Below, piece after piece: positions 44,477 through 56,854 of a DNA stretch of 64,000 nucleotides. Both the position numbers and the translations under genes were made by a program. The notes beneath the pieces are model-generated. The model searched no databases. It was not told where the DNA came from and was given only the letters and a program-made list of their open reading frames with translations. This stretch comes from Caecitellus pseudoparvulus (Eukaryota; Protista; Bigyra: Bicosoecida). The number at the start of each line of letters is the position of its first letter. Within the stretch, counting starts at the first letter, position 1. The stretch spans positions 558,001-622,000 of the forward strand of contig CBFFRQ010000030.1 of NCBI GenBank assembly GCA_965644315.1, given 5' to 3'.

Positions 44477-47400
44477 TCACTGCTCCTGTGGCTCAGGTGA
44501 GGGCGCGAAGGACAGGGCAGGGGAGGAGGGTGAGGTGGGGGAGCTCGTGTCCACTCGAGGGCCGCTGCCGGAGTGCTCCAGGAACCCCAGCAGCACGGAA
44601 GCCTTCACCTCCGTCATGCCGTCCCCCGCCTCACCGCCAGTGGGGGCCTGGGATGGGGCTGCCGCAGCTCGGCGGTGCAGGGCCGCTCGGCGGATGCGCG
44701 CCCTGGCCCGGGCATTGCTCATGAGGAGGTTGCGGGGGCGGGCAGGGGCACCAGCGCCAGGCTGGGCACTGCCAGAGTGAGGCGGCTGGGGGAGGTGTGG
44801 GTGGCCGGCGGCGGCATCTGGCGGCAGCTCCACCGTCGCCACAGAGGCCAGGGTGGAGTCTCGAGGTGTGTCTGCGACGGGCAGGCCCTGACCAGCACTC
44901 GCCGGTGGGGCAACAACCCCAGGCGCTGGGGCGGCATCCCCCACTGGAGGCAGGCCCGCACCCGCTTGGCGGCTGCCCGACGTGCCGCTTTCGATATCAC
45001 GCAGACGCTGCTCAGCGACGGCAGCCCGCACGACAGGCAGCAGGAGCTTGTAGGAGATGACGGGGGAGAAGATGGGGCGGGGCGGACACCGCCGCTGGAT
45101 GTAGGCGCGCACCTGCTGCATGCTCTCCTCGCGCGAGTTGCCGTCCCCCCCGCCTCCACCGACGCCGTCCTGGTGGGCTGATCGCGCCGGGGTGGGCCCA
45201 CCTCCGGCCCCAGGCGCAGGGTCGGCGCGCAGGCTGTCCAGGAGGTACAGCTTCGTCTCTGCTCGCTGCAGCTCCTCCTCCATCTGTTCCTCGAAGGCCG
45301 CGACTTCCTCGCGCCAGGCACGCAATTGCCGGGCATATGCTTGGCGGTGCACCTGCATCAACGCCGTCACCATCTCCCGCTTCAAGTGGCGGTCCACTGC
45401 CGGCTGCTCGGTCAGAATGCGCAGCTGCAGCGCAGCCAGTTCCACAGACAGGCGGCGGCTGGCCTTGGGCGGGCGTGCCCCCACCTTCAAGGGGCCGATG
45501 TCGATGCCGGCGATGGAAGGGTCGGTGGTGGGCAGGTGTGTCTTGCCCCGGTACGCCCGGCTCAGATTGTGCATGCGCGTGGGTGTGAGGAGACTGGCCG
45601 TGCTGGGCGTGCGGGCGACGGGGTGGCCGCTGGGCAGGGAGGAGCCCGACGCCGTGGGCACTCGGAAAATGTGTTCTTGAACGTACGCCCAGTCCTGTGA
45701 GTCCAGGGTGGCGGCAGAGGCGGAGGCGGCGAGGCGTGCCGCTGAGGTGTGGCCGGGAGCGGAGTCCCCCTCCCCCTCCTCCGCGTGCAGCCCACCCCCC
45801 CCCTCCTCCTCATCCTGGAACAGCTCGCCCACCGTCACGACAGAGGCGGAGGTGGACAAGGGAGGGCCGTCGCCGCCTCCGCCTGCCAGCATGCTGTTCA
45901 CCCACGGCGCCACGTCACGCCCCCCTCCCTGGCTGGGCAGGGGGGCAAACACGACTTGGCTGGGGGAGGGCCGGGGGAAGGGGTGTGCGGGGGGGGTCGC
46001 CAGGCCCTCCTCGCCCCCCGCCTCCACCTCGCTCGCCCGTGGAGACAGCACCACCTTGCGCCGCCGGGCCTCCAGCTGGGCCTTGCGCTCCGCTGCCAGC
46101 GCCCGCATGTTTGCAGCCTGGGCCGCCAGGATGCCGCGACGGGAGGACTCCGCCGCATCCCACGCCTGGACGTCGGCGACGCTGCGGCAGCCCCGGGCCA
46201 GGTACAGGGCAGGGACGCCGAGGGTGGACCCAGTCCCTGTCGCGTGGGAGGGGGTTCGGGGGGGGTGGGCACCCCCCCCTCCAATGGCCGTCCCGCGAGA
46301 CAGGCTGTCCACCGCCGCCGTCACGGCAGAGCGCCCCTTGCTCTCAGCGAGCTTGGCCTTGAAGGCCAGCATGCGGAGGTATGCAACACACCGATCAAAC
46401 TGCTTCGCGACGAGCCACGCCTGAGCACGGCGCGACAGCGCGACAGCCCGCAGAAAGCCCTTGGCACGGGACACCCGGTGGTGGTACCGTCGGATGCTGC
46501 GTGTCACTTCAAAGGTCTGCGCCATGTCTTGCAGGAAGGAAGTGACGATAGCCGCCGACTTGCGTCGCCGGCGCAGGCGGAAGCGCGTCAGCGCTCCTGA
46601 AAAGTAGTGCAGGAGCGTGGACGCCGCCGTCAGCAGTTTGTGGTGGCGGTGCATGGCCGCCCACGCCGTGAACACACGCCGCTTGCGGTACTGCATGGCC
46701 TTGGCCACGTTCTCCGTCACGCTGGCGGCCCGTGCAGAGGTGACGATGCTGAGTAGGCGCCCCACCCCCGCTGCTTGTGCGAGAATGCCCAGCCACAGCC
46801 GCTGGCGCTTGAGGCGGTCGTGGTCCTGCAGAGCTGTGAACTGCCGCCACTTGTCTTCTGCTTCCTCCTCCAGCGCGGCGGCGCGGCGGAGGGAGGCTGC
46901 GGCGTGGCGCTCGCGCAAAAGCTGGGCATTTGCCGCGGCAGCTGCCGCACGCGCCGCCACACTCGTCGCGTTCAGCCGCGCCGAGTGCCGGTTCAGGGCC
47001 ACTGCAGAGGACTGGTGGGCGGCGGGCGCGCTGCGGGACGTCGCCTGCCCCAAGTCGTCCCCCTCTGCGATGCCAGTGGCGCCACGCAGCGGCCCTGACT
47101 CGTCGAAAATAGTGCCCGCCAGCGCGGCAGCCCGCACCTCTGCCGCCTCGGCCGCCGCCTGCTGGGCTGCCGCGGCAGCCGTCCCGTGCAGGTCGAAGCG
47201 GGGTGACAGACTGGCCACCAGCGCCGCGGCAGATGCGTTGTCGGCTGTGGCACGCGCCCGAGCCCCGCCGACGTGGAACTCGGCGCCCGGGCCTGTCATG
47301 AGCAGCGCAGGCTTGCGCAGGGTGGGGGACGTGCCTGTGCGCACACCTGGCACCATGTTGTACCGCAGGAAGCGCTGCACATCTTCCTCCGTCACTTGGG

Positions 47401-49113
47401 AGGGGGACACGGGGGAGGCGGGCTGAGGCAGGTCCAGGGGGGGCACGGTTGGCGGCGGACTGGCCGCAGGGCGGGGGGGGGGCTGCGCCAGCCGCCCAGG
47501 GGACACGCTGCGACCGCCCTCCACACTGGCCCAGGAGAGACTGCGGTCTCCGCCCCGACTGGGGCGGGTCGTGACCTGCCCTGCCGCCCGGATGGTACCT
47601 GCCGGGCCGCTTTGCGCCAGGGCAGTGGCCAGGGCCACCGCCTTGGCCGCTCGCGCCTTCACCCGCTGCGTCGCCTGCTTGCGCGAGGTGAGCTCTGCGG
47701 CAACTAGTTCCCGCACGGTGCCCTCCTCGGCCGCCGCGGCGCGCGCCGACAGGGCACCGTAGAAGGCCCCCCGAGCTGCGGCATTGTGCTGCACCTCCGC
47801 CTGCCACCGCGTGGAGAAGCGCAGGGCCTTGGTGAAGCCGCCGCCGTGGGTGGTGGAGGAGCGGAGGGGGCGGAGGGCGTCGGCCGCCTCCCCCGCCCGT
47901 GTGTAGGTGCCGGGGCCGATGTCGCCCGTTTCCGAGACTTGCCGGCCGCTGGACCCGGGTGGGATGATCCACTGCATGCGGGGGTCGGCCAGGATGGGGT
48001 GGGTGCGCATGCTGGGGTGTCGGTGGGCGCGGGGCACCACCGCCATGGGCACGCGGCGGGATGTGGACAGCGCCGGCCCCCGCTGGTAGCTGACCATGCC
48101 GCCTGTGCTGAGCATGGCGTCGTCCAGGGCGCTGCCTGCCTTGCTCTCGGCGCCTTTCCCGCCACCCCCCTCCTCCTCGTCGTCCGACACCTCCTCCCCC
48201 GCTGCCCGCCGCCGAGCCCGGTAACGCCGCCGCACGTCACGTCGCCGAGCAGCCAGGGCAGAGGCCTGTGAGGCCTTCACGGCGTCATACCCCATCGTGC
48301 GGGCGGCCAGGCTATCCCGGTCGTATGCCGCAGAGTACGAGCCAGGGCCAGGCGTGCGACCGGCTGCCTTGAGGTCCTCGTACGTTGCGACCTGCTTTGG
48401 GTGGGGCGCCACATGCGCCAGGGCGGTGGACTGCTTGAAGGTGGCGCCGCCGTCTGTGCCCCCTGCGCGTCGACGGCGGGCTGCCGCGTCCAGCGTCAGC
48501 TCCCCCCGTGCTGCCCGGCGCCGGTTCATGGCCGCCTCAGACCTGTACCCCGTCCGGTCGTGGCGAGTGGCACCCACGTCGCCGTACTCGCCAGGCCCCG
48601 GTGAGTTGATGATGTCGGCCATCTTCCGCCCCAGAAAACCTCCAGAACGGCCTTCGTCTGCGATGCCCACCTTGGCCAGCTCGTCTGCCGCTGCCTTGGC
48701 CATGCGCAGGTGCCGTCCTGAGGCGCTGCGTTTGCCAGTGCTGAAAACGCGCTGAGCAGGCGGCAGCTTCACGCCAGGGGCTCGTGGCTGTGCAGGGCAG
48801 CGGGGTGACAGTGCAGCATTGCGGTGGAGGCACGGTGCAAGGTGACATGCAGGTTTCAGCCGCTACGCTGCCCATGCGGGCGCGCCTGGGCGTGCTGAGT
48901 GAGGCGGCAGCCACCTCTGTCGCGTGCGACCGTCCTCACCTTGATCGCGCGTTCGCCGACTGTCGGGTCGTACGAGCCAGGCCCCGGGCCACCTGCATGG
49001 AATGTCCTGCGCTGCATGCTAGGCTTGCTCATGCTGTGCCCTGGTGCCGACATGGAGAAGCCCTTTGCGCTGGAGGACGGCGCAGGCACTGTGGCCCGCA
49101 CAGGTGACGACAT
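44477..49113 (-). CDS. Large basic protein with N-terminal PGPGxY (SHIPPO/ODF3-like) repeats and an IQ-like helical region
   Basis: Motifs GPGPGSYD, SPGPGEYG, TPGPGSYS, IGPGTYT. First exon MSSPVRAT...AIK, then an intron of about 150 nt, then PRAPGVKLPP. Confidence 0.65.
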
Positions 49114-49626
49114 GGCGAGCGCTGTGGGCGAGCAGGCAGGGGGCGGGGCTCCTGCAGCTGCAGCGCAGCAGGTGCACGTCGATACACTGGCGCTGTCAGG
49201 TGCTGCCTGCTGCTGCCTGGTGCGGTTGCAGCGTGGCACTTGTGTTTTGTCTCGCGAGGCCAAGTGACGCTGACTGCGGCCTGGGCAGCGTTCAAGCAAT
49301 TGCGATTCGACGCCAAAAGATCTACACAGCACCTGCAGATCGATTCCCTGCAGGAGAGCACTATCAATACACATGCTGCCGCCTGTGGGGTGTGGTGAGT
49401 TCAGTTGAGATTGGTGCACACCGTTGCGAGGTGGCCAGCCCAAGCTAGAAGCCTCGCGCTGCCCCATTAAAAAGGAGCAGGTGGTGTAGCTGAGGCAGGC
49501 AACAGTGCCTTGGTCACAGATTGCAGCTGCGTGTCCCGTCCGGTCCCAAGTTACAGCGGGTGTGCACAGCTTTGGCCAACTTCTTGAGCGATTTCCGCAC
49601 TTGCGTCCTCCCAAGCTTTCCCCGTC

Positions 49627-51549
49627 ATGCGGCCCCACCTGGTGCTGGCTGCCTCCCTGTGCGCGTGCTTTGCTAGTTTTGCCTATGCTGAAAGCATTGC
49701 CGAGAAAGTCCGGAGCCGAGCAGCCTCCTCCCGCCGCCGTAAGCCTGCCTTGCCCTTTGCCGTGCAGCCGAGCGGTGACCTGGACGCCGCCTCAGCGAGG
49801 GACATGCTGACCCAGCTGCAGGCCGCCGCGCAGCAACGCCGGCCCGAGACCCAGCAACAGCAGCAGCTGCCAGAGCACCCGCCTGGCTTCGGCAGCGCGC
49901 ACCCTGATGTCCACGGCTCTGGCGTGCAACAGCCCACGTTTGACGGCGGAGCGCAGCGCAGACTTGCGTGGGAGGCAGCTGAGCCGTCCAGCACGCTGGT
50001 ACTGCGGGTGCCACTGGGCCCGCTGACCGTCACAGCCGCCCTCGTGGTCGTCAGCCTGGCGTGTGTGGGGGCTGCCTTCTTGTGGCGCCTCACGTCAGTG
50101 CCTGCCTGCCACTGCCCGCTGTGTGAGGGCGAGTACGTGCTGGAGCGGCGCCTGGGCAGCGGCGGTTTCGGGACGGTGTTCTTGGTGCGGGAGCCGGGGG
50201 AGACGCCCGCTGCCACTGCCAGCCTCCTGCCGCCTGCAGTGCCGCCTCCGCCCACTGGGGAGCAGTTCGTGCTGAAGATGATCCCCGCTACTGACGCACA
50301 CCAGGCGTCCCTGGCACAGGCGGAAGCGCGCGACCTGCGTGCGCTGCGCCACCCCGGGGTTGTGCGGTACGAGCAGGACTTCCTGCACTTCACGCCAGAA
50401 CGTCTGCAGAAACACAGCCGTCTGTACGTGTGCATTGTCATGGAGCACTGCGAGATGGACGCGCGGACGTTCATTGAGCGTTTGCGGCGGCGGGGGGAAG
50501 TCGTGCCTGAGGCGTTGGTTCTGCGCATCGCAGGGCAGCTGGCGGATGTCCTGCGGTACTGCCATGCCCACAACCTCGTGCACCGGGACATCAAGAGTCA
50601 GAATGTCTTCCTCACCCGGGATGGGCACGTGCGGTTGGGGGATTTCGGCCTCGCGCGGGAAATGCGAACCCACCTGGCCACACACACTGACGCTGGCACG
50701 GATGGGTACAAGCCGCCCGAGGCCCTGCTGGGGGGGCGGCGTGATGCACGCGCAGGGGACGTGTGGGGCCTGGGGCTGTTCCTCCTTGAGCTGACCTCGC
50801 GGCAGTTCATCTGGGAGCGCCCCGGAGTCGCCGCCGGCGAAACGCTGCAGAGCGGCGAACGCGCCACACAGGCGCTCGTCAGCGGCATTCCTTCCCAGCA
50901 CTACAGCTCAGGACTCATTGCATTGGTCAAGTCATGCCTGGCTGCGAAGCCTCAAGCGCGGCCCACTGCCGCGCAAATCGCCCGCAGCAAGTTGCTCAAG
51001 CGAGGTGCCGCTCGGGCGCTGCGACGTGCAGCTGCCGCGGCACGTGCAGGTGGGCGCGGCAAGGGCAGCAAAGCGGGCTGGGGCAAGTTCTCCTGGCAAC
51101 CGCAGGCGAAGCAGGGTTCGGGTGGGAGCGGGCAGGGTTGGACGCCCGTGTCGCCCACGCCCAGTGGCAGTGTCGAAGACTCGCCGTTGGCAGACGGCTC
51201 CTCAAGTGACGGCCGTGGCGAGGCGGCACCTTGGCTGTTGGAGGGTGGGCGCATTGACTTGTCTGCATTGGCACACGACCCTTCCTCCTCCAGTGAGGAT
51301 GCTGGGGGCGACAGTGGGCTGCAGCCACCTGCCGCGGACAGCGCTGGTCGCCCGATGGTCGACGCCCACAGCGGCACCAGCAGCTCCTCCGCTGAGCATG
51401 TCGCCAGCCGCCACCAGGCCACCGCGCCGTCCAGCTCCGGCAAAGCTGGAGAAGCCGCTGCAGTCGAGGCAGCAGTGTCCCTGCAGGCCCCTGCCCCCGG
51501 ACAAGGCAGTTGGCAGCGTGTGACTCGGCGCAGGCGACGACGCCGATGA
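49627..51549 (+). CDS. NEK-like Ser/Thr protein kinase with signal peptide and single TM helix
   Basis: Kinase motifs LGSGGFGTV, FVLK, HRDIKSQNVFL, LGDFGLAR, GTDGYKPPE, DVWGLG. Signal MRPHLVLAASLCACFASFAYA; TM LTVTAALVVVSLACVGAAFLW. Confidence 0.88.
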   Translation: MRPHLVLAASLCACFASFAYAESIAEKVRSRAASSRRRKPALPFAVQPSGDLDAASARDMLTQLQAAAQQRRPETQQQQQLPEHPPGFGSAHPDVHGSGVQQPTFDGGAQRRLAWEAAEPSSTLVLRVPLGPLTVTAALVVVSLACVGAAFLWRLTSVPACHCPLCEGEYVLERRLGSGGFGTVFLVREPGETPAATASLLPPAVPPPPTGEQFVLKMIPATDAHQASLAQAEARDLRALRHPGVVRYEQDFLHFTPERLQKHSRLYVCIVMEHCEMDARTFIERLRRRGEVVPEALVLRIAGQLADVLRYCHAHNLVHRDIKSQNVFLTRDGHVRLGDFGLAREMRTHLATHTDAGTDGYKPPEALLGGRRDARAGDVWGLGLFLLELTSRQFIWERPGVAAGETLQSGERATQALVSGIPSQHYSSGLIALVKSCLAAKPQARPTAAQIARSKLLKRGAARALRRAAAAARAGGRGKGSKAGWGKFSWQPQAKQGSGGSGQGWTPVSPTPSGSVEDSPLADGSSSDGRGEAAPWLLEGGRIDLSALAHDPSSSSEDAGGDSGLQPPAADSAGRPMVDAHSGTSSSSAEHVASRHQATAPSSSGKAGEAAAVEAAVSLQAPAPGQGSWQRVTRRRRRRR

Positions 51550-51598
51550 GCCACCCGCATGCTCCACGTGGAGTGAGCAGCCCCCTTCCTCCGCCCAC

Positions 51599-54500
51599 TC
51601 AATCAGTCTGGGCCGGCACGGAGTCTCGCTTGGCAAGGTGTCGTCGCAGCGCGAGCACCAGGCGCTGCAGCGTCATGCGCACAGCGTACCGCGGACCGTA
51701 CACATGCAGCACCGGAGGACGGCCAGCAAACTGCTGTTTCCTGGCACCCCCCCGTGGCTTCAGCAGGGGGGGAGGTGCCTCCAGCGCGGCAGCTGGCAGG
51801 GAGAGGGGACTGGCGCTGCCTCGGCGACTGCTGGGCGAGCGTGTCCGGGAGGAGGGCCGCCGGCGCGCCTTGGTGGATGCTCGCCTGGACCTGCGGGGGG
51901 TCTGCCGCGCAGGCGTCTCGCGCTTGGGACTGGTGGGGGGCGGTGCCCCGCTGCGGCTGGAGGCTGGCGAGGCGGGGGACGCGGGCAGGCTGTCGGAGGC
52001 GGTCTGGGCGGGGCGTGCAGGGGGGGACGGCGGTGGCGGCGTGTCCACTGTGTTCTGTGTTCCGGACGGCACGGTGCGGCGGAGGATGGCTTGCCACGGC
52101 GCCAGGGTGAGCAGCCCCCCCCTGTGGGACTGAATGCACAGAATGCGAGCCCTGACAGGGGCTGACACCCACCCCACAGCGGTGCGTGCCTGTGGTGACA
52201 GCTGCACAGTCGCTGGCCCCATGGCCAGCTGCTGCAGAAACGCCCGTCGTTCCTCCTGGGACATGGCCACAATGCCGGCCAGGGAGGGGTCGTCCAGGAG
52301 GGGGGCGCCCACTGCTCGCGGCCGGATGAGGGAGGGGGCGGCATCCTGTTCCTGCTGGTGCCCCTGCTTGTGTCCTTTGGGCGTGACCAGGTCGCGCCTA
52401 CCGAAGGCGACCTGTGGCGTCAGCGTTGCCAGCGACGTCGTCGTGGCCACGGTGCGTGCAGCAGAGGTGGGGGACGCCTGCACCACTGTGGGCGCCGCAG
52501 AGAAGCCTGAGCGCGCCTGGCCAGCCGCCCCTGCCTCGGGCGAGCCTAGCGTGGAGCCGGTGGCCACCACTTCATCCCACAATGCGCCGTGAGCTCGCAC
52601 CCACCGCCGGCGGGCCTCGTTGTAGGCCCGTCGTTGTACTGCCAAGAACCGCCTGAGGACCAGGGTGGTCTGCCCGGGCGTGCAGGCGGTGAAGACGGCG
52701 TCCAGTCCAGAGGCAGCGAGGGCCTCCTTCGCAACTGCCACCTCCCCCGCCCAGGCGTCCTGCCCCACACGCGCCACCTGCCCCAGGGCACCTGCCAACG
52801 CAGCTTTGCGCTGGGAAGTCTCCGCCACCTCCTCACGCACCAGGTGGGCCCACAGTCGACGCAGGGCGGCGAGGCGAGCTGCGCGGCACGCCAACCAGCC
52901 CCTCACAGCCCGCTGAGCCACCCGCACTCTGCCTAGGAAGACATGGATGTACTTGGCCCAAGCGATGCCGCCGGCGCCCAGGGCCAGGACGTGGTCGCAC
53001 AGGAACCCCTGCAGCATCGTGGCAGCTCGTCGCACACGCCGAGCTCGGCGACGCAGGCGCCAGTGGCTCACCAGTCTCGCCAGCAGTGGCCGTGCCTTCC
53101 GCAGGCTCGCCACCCATGCCCGCTGCACGTGGCCTCTCCAGCAGCGCTGCAGGACGAGTGCTGCAGCGTTGCCCAGGGTGGAGGAGGGGCGCAGCAGGCG
53201 CGCTCGGTCCAGGCGTCGGCGCCACTCTCCCGCCCCGCGCAGAAGGGACACCAGGTACACCCACGTCATGACGCGCTCGTTGGTCCACCGCAAGCGCACC
53301 ATGCGCTCTGTGCGCTGTGTCACCGTGTGCAGACGGTCCAAGCGTTCAGCCTCCGCCACTTTGCGCCGGGCAGCAGCTGCTGCAGCGCGTCGAGAGCGTT
53401 CGGCGGCTGACTGCGCCCTGGCCTGGGCGCGACTAGCCGGTTTGGCGGCAGCCACAGTGCTGGCTTGGGCGTTGCGGGCGAGGACTGAGAGGCCGTCGAG
53501 GGAGCGGGAGCCCCTCAGGCTCTGGTCTTGCTGGCGCTGGAGGTCGTAGGCCCCGACCCGCTGCGCGAGTCTGCTGGCCACGGCGGGGTCCGCTCGGGCC
53601 ATGTCCAGCATCCAGGCCACCCACACGCCTGGCGTGGCCTGCAGCGACACGCCGTCTCCGGGGCGCGGCATGTCCGCCCTGTCCGATGAAAAGTCGTGCA
53701 TGCCGGACGCCCACAGCGCATACGCCCGACGGTCGCCCTCAGAGCGCAGGGCGGGGCGATAGGGCCGCCCAGGCTTGGAGGGGAAGGGGCCAGGCAGGGG
53801 GCGAGACACGCGTGAGCCCCGCATGCGCCCCACCTCGGCTATGGCGTCGTCCAGGGCTGCTTCTTGGTGCGCCAGAGCCGCCGCCTCTGCCGCTGTGGCA
53901 GTTGACACTTCCGCCGCCACATCCCGCACGTCGCCCTCCTCCTCCCCCTCCAACATCACCGTGTCCACTGGGTCCTCTGCATGGGGCACACTCCCCTGCA
54001 CACCTCCCCCCGCCGACACCGCCCGGCCCACCTCCAGCCCCACCCGCTCCCTCGCAGCTGCCTGGGCACTGGTCAAGCGGCTGCGTGCCAGAGCAGTGCG
54101 CACTCGTGCCTTGTGCAGCTTCACCAGGGCTGGCACGGAGGAGGGGCGCAGACTGACGGAGGACGAAATGCTGCGCAGCACCTCACGGTACCCCCCAGCC
54201 GCCTCCTCTGCCGCCTGCTGCTGAGAGGAGTCCGGGGCTTGGCTGCGAACCCGCTGACGACTGGCCTGCAGGGTAGCCCGCAGGCGGTGGCTGGCACTGG
54301 AGCTGGACAGCGCTGTGCCAGAGCGGCGTGAGGGAGAGGGGGGGGGGGCTGTGCCCTGGGACGTGCCTGTGTGTTCCGGCCTGGCGGCAAGGGAGTGTTC
54401 CAAGGTGGCGGCAGAGGCTGCACTGCGAAGGCGTGGCGTGGGCAGCAGTGAGTGGCCAACGCCGTGACTGGCCACCAGCTCGTCCAGGTGTGCCATGACC

Positions 54501-56594
54501 ACGGCGGTGTCTGCCGACCCCTGTGTCAAGGCGCTGGTGTCCGACCGTGGCGAGGCGGCGTCCACATCCTCCAGCCCACCCCCCCCCTCCTCCCCCTGCT
54601 CGCCGCCGGCGCCGAACATGGCAGGGTGCACGGCAGAGTCAGGCGAGAAGGGCGTGTTCAGCACCACAGAGGGGTGCGCCTCTCGTGGCCGCAGGGAGTC
54701 CACGTACGTCACCCCGCCCTGCGTCAAGGGGGAGGGCTGCCACCCAGCGTTGGCGCTGTGCAGGACACGGGGGTAGTCATCCCGCACACGCCAAGACGTC
54801 GTGGCGGCAGCTGCAGAGGCCGCGGTGCGCAGGGACGCTGTGTGGGATGGGGGGCTGCCTCCGGTCTTCTGCTGGGGGGTGCCGGGGGGGGGTGAGCCCT
54901 CCTCCCCCGTCTCGGGGGTGGAGCCCCTGCCCCCGTCACCCATGCGCTTGGGGCCGCCGTGTCCCAGTGTCACGGAGCGCAGCTGGGCCTGCACGGGGTC
55001 CAGGTTGGCAGGCACGGTGAGTCCCCCCGACTTGGCATGCAGAGTGGGCGACCAGTGCACACGCAGGGCGACGGGGCTGCCGTGGGTGGTGCTGGCGTGC
55101 AGGGGTGAGTCTGCCGTGCCTGCATGTGAGGGGAAGCTGCCACCCATCCCTGTCGGCGCACCCTCTGCCGTGGTCGTACCCGCTGCGGGGGCCGTGTGTG
55201 GCGCCGAACGTCGAGGCAGCCCCGCTGGGGGTGTCCCTGGGCCCACGACATCCCGCACCACACGGGCCCCCCTCACCCCCCGCCGCCGCAAACCCCACTT
55301 TGTGCTCACCACGCCCATGCCCAGACCACCGCTCCTGCTCCCAATGCCGCGCTGCTGCAGCTCGGAAAGTGGCGTGTACCAGTCCGGCCTGGCTTGCGCA
55401 CCCCCCCCACGCTCTTCCTTCCCCCCCTCAGCCACTGCCGCTGCAGCCGCCGCCGCCGCTTCCGCCGCTTCTTGCTTCGCCTTTGCAGCCGCGGCAGCCT
55501 TGGCTTTGCGCTTCTGCAGGGCCAGGCGCCGGCGTCGCTTCTCCAACACAGTGTCCAGACGTGCGTTGCGCTTGGGGCTGCCGCCTGACCTGCTCAGCCC
55601 TGCCAACACAGCCTCTCGAGCGGCGGCACCAGCCGTTGCTGGGCGGCGCTTGGCGCGCTTGGGTTTGCCCTGCCGTGGCTGTGTATGGGGGGAGCTGGTC
55701 GCTTTCGCTGCGGCGGGGGACTCGTGTGCGACTCCCCCCACTGGGCTCGTCGCAGCTGCCGAGGCAGGTCGCCGCCGCGGCTTCAAAGATGGCTTCAACT
55801 GGGCGTTGGCCGCCACAAGGAGCGCCTTCTGCAGGCGGTCTGCGGCAGCTGCAGCCTTGTCCATCAGCGCCCGGTTCTTGGCCACCTCTTGCGGCGGCAG
55901 CTGAGACGCCGAGGCGGACGCATGGAGCGGTGTGGAAGAGAGCGAGGGAGCAGACGGCAACGCCGACGCGCTGTGAGAGTGGGGAGTGGACGCAGAGTGT
56001 GCGGAGGCCAGTGGGCTGCCCCCTGCCGGCGCCGCCGTCGGCGCCGGTTCACGCCGGCCTGGCGAGCGCAGCAGCAGTGCTGGGGTGGTCGTGGCGCGGC
56101 CACTGTCCCGAAAGGAGGTGTCCCCGTCAGCCCACGCCATGGGTATGGATGCCACTGCTCCAGTGTCCACCCATGGCAGGGATGGTGTGGACACGGGGGG
56201 CTGTGCAGGGGCGGCAGAGGCAGGTGTCACGGGCCGCTGTGCGACGGCCTCCGCGAAAGCCGCGGCCGCGACGCTGCTGCTGGATTGCTGCCTGGCGGGG
56301 GGTGGACTTTGCGAGGGTACGATGCCTGGCAGCGACTTCATGCTCTGCTGTGTGTCGAAGGCTCCGAACTGCCCGAGCCGCTTGAGGCGGGCCTTGGTGC
56401 TGGCCGCGGAGCGTTTCATGCCGCGTGACACAAGGGACTTCGCCGCAGACGCCCGGACGTCTGCAAGGGCCACGTGAGCACAGGCATGCAACACGCCACA
56501 CTCCAAAATGAGCTCTCTTGCATCGCTCACCTTTCTGCAGGAACCCCGTGCCGGGAGCTGGCCCAGAGTTGGCCATGGACCCTCGCGGCAACAT
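51599..56594 (-). CDS. Large low-complexity basic protein with IQ-like motifs
   Basis: ORF of more than 1600 codons. First exon MLPRGSMANS...FLQK spliced to DVRASAAKS. IQ-like segments AALVLQRCWRGH, AATMLQGFL, VRVAQRAVRGW. Confidence 0.6.
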
Positions 56595-56854
56595 GTTGAG
56601 TGAACCTCAGGCCCTCAGCATGTCAACTGCGGAAAACAAGTGCCCATGCAATGTGCAGGAACGCGCCTTTCCGTACTCTGCCGCACCTGCCCTTCGTCGA
56701 GCCAGGCGCAAGCGTTTTGCTCGGCGTGGTGCCCTGTGCGACCCAGGCGCGCTGGCGACAACTGCGTGTCGCAGACAATCTCTACCCTCTCCCTTCGAGA
56801 GGCCCCGTGCCAGGCATTCTTAGACAAGCGCCAGCTGCTGCACGAGCCGCGCCC

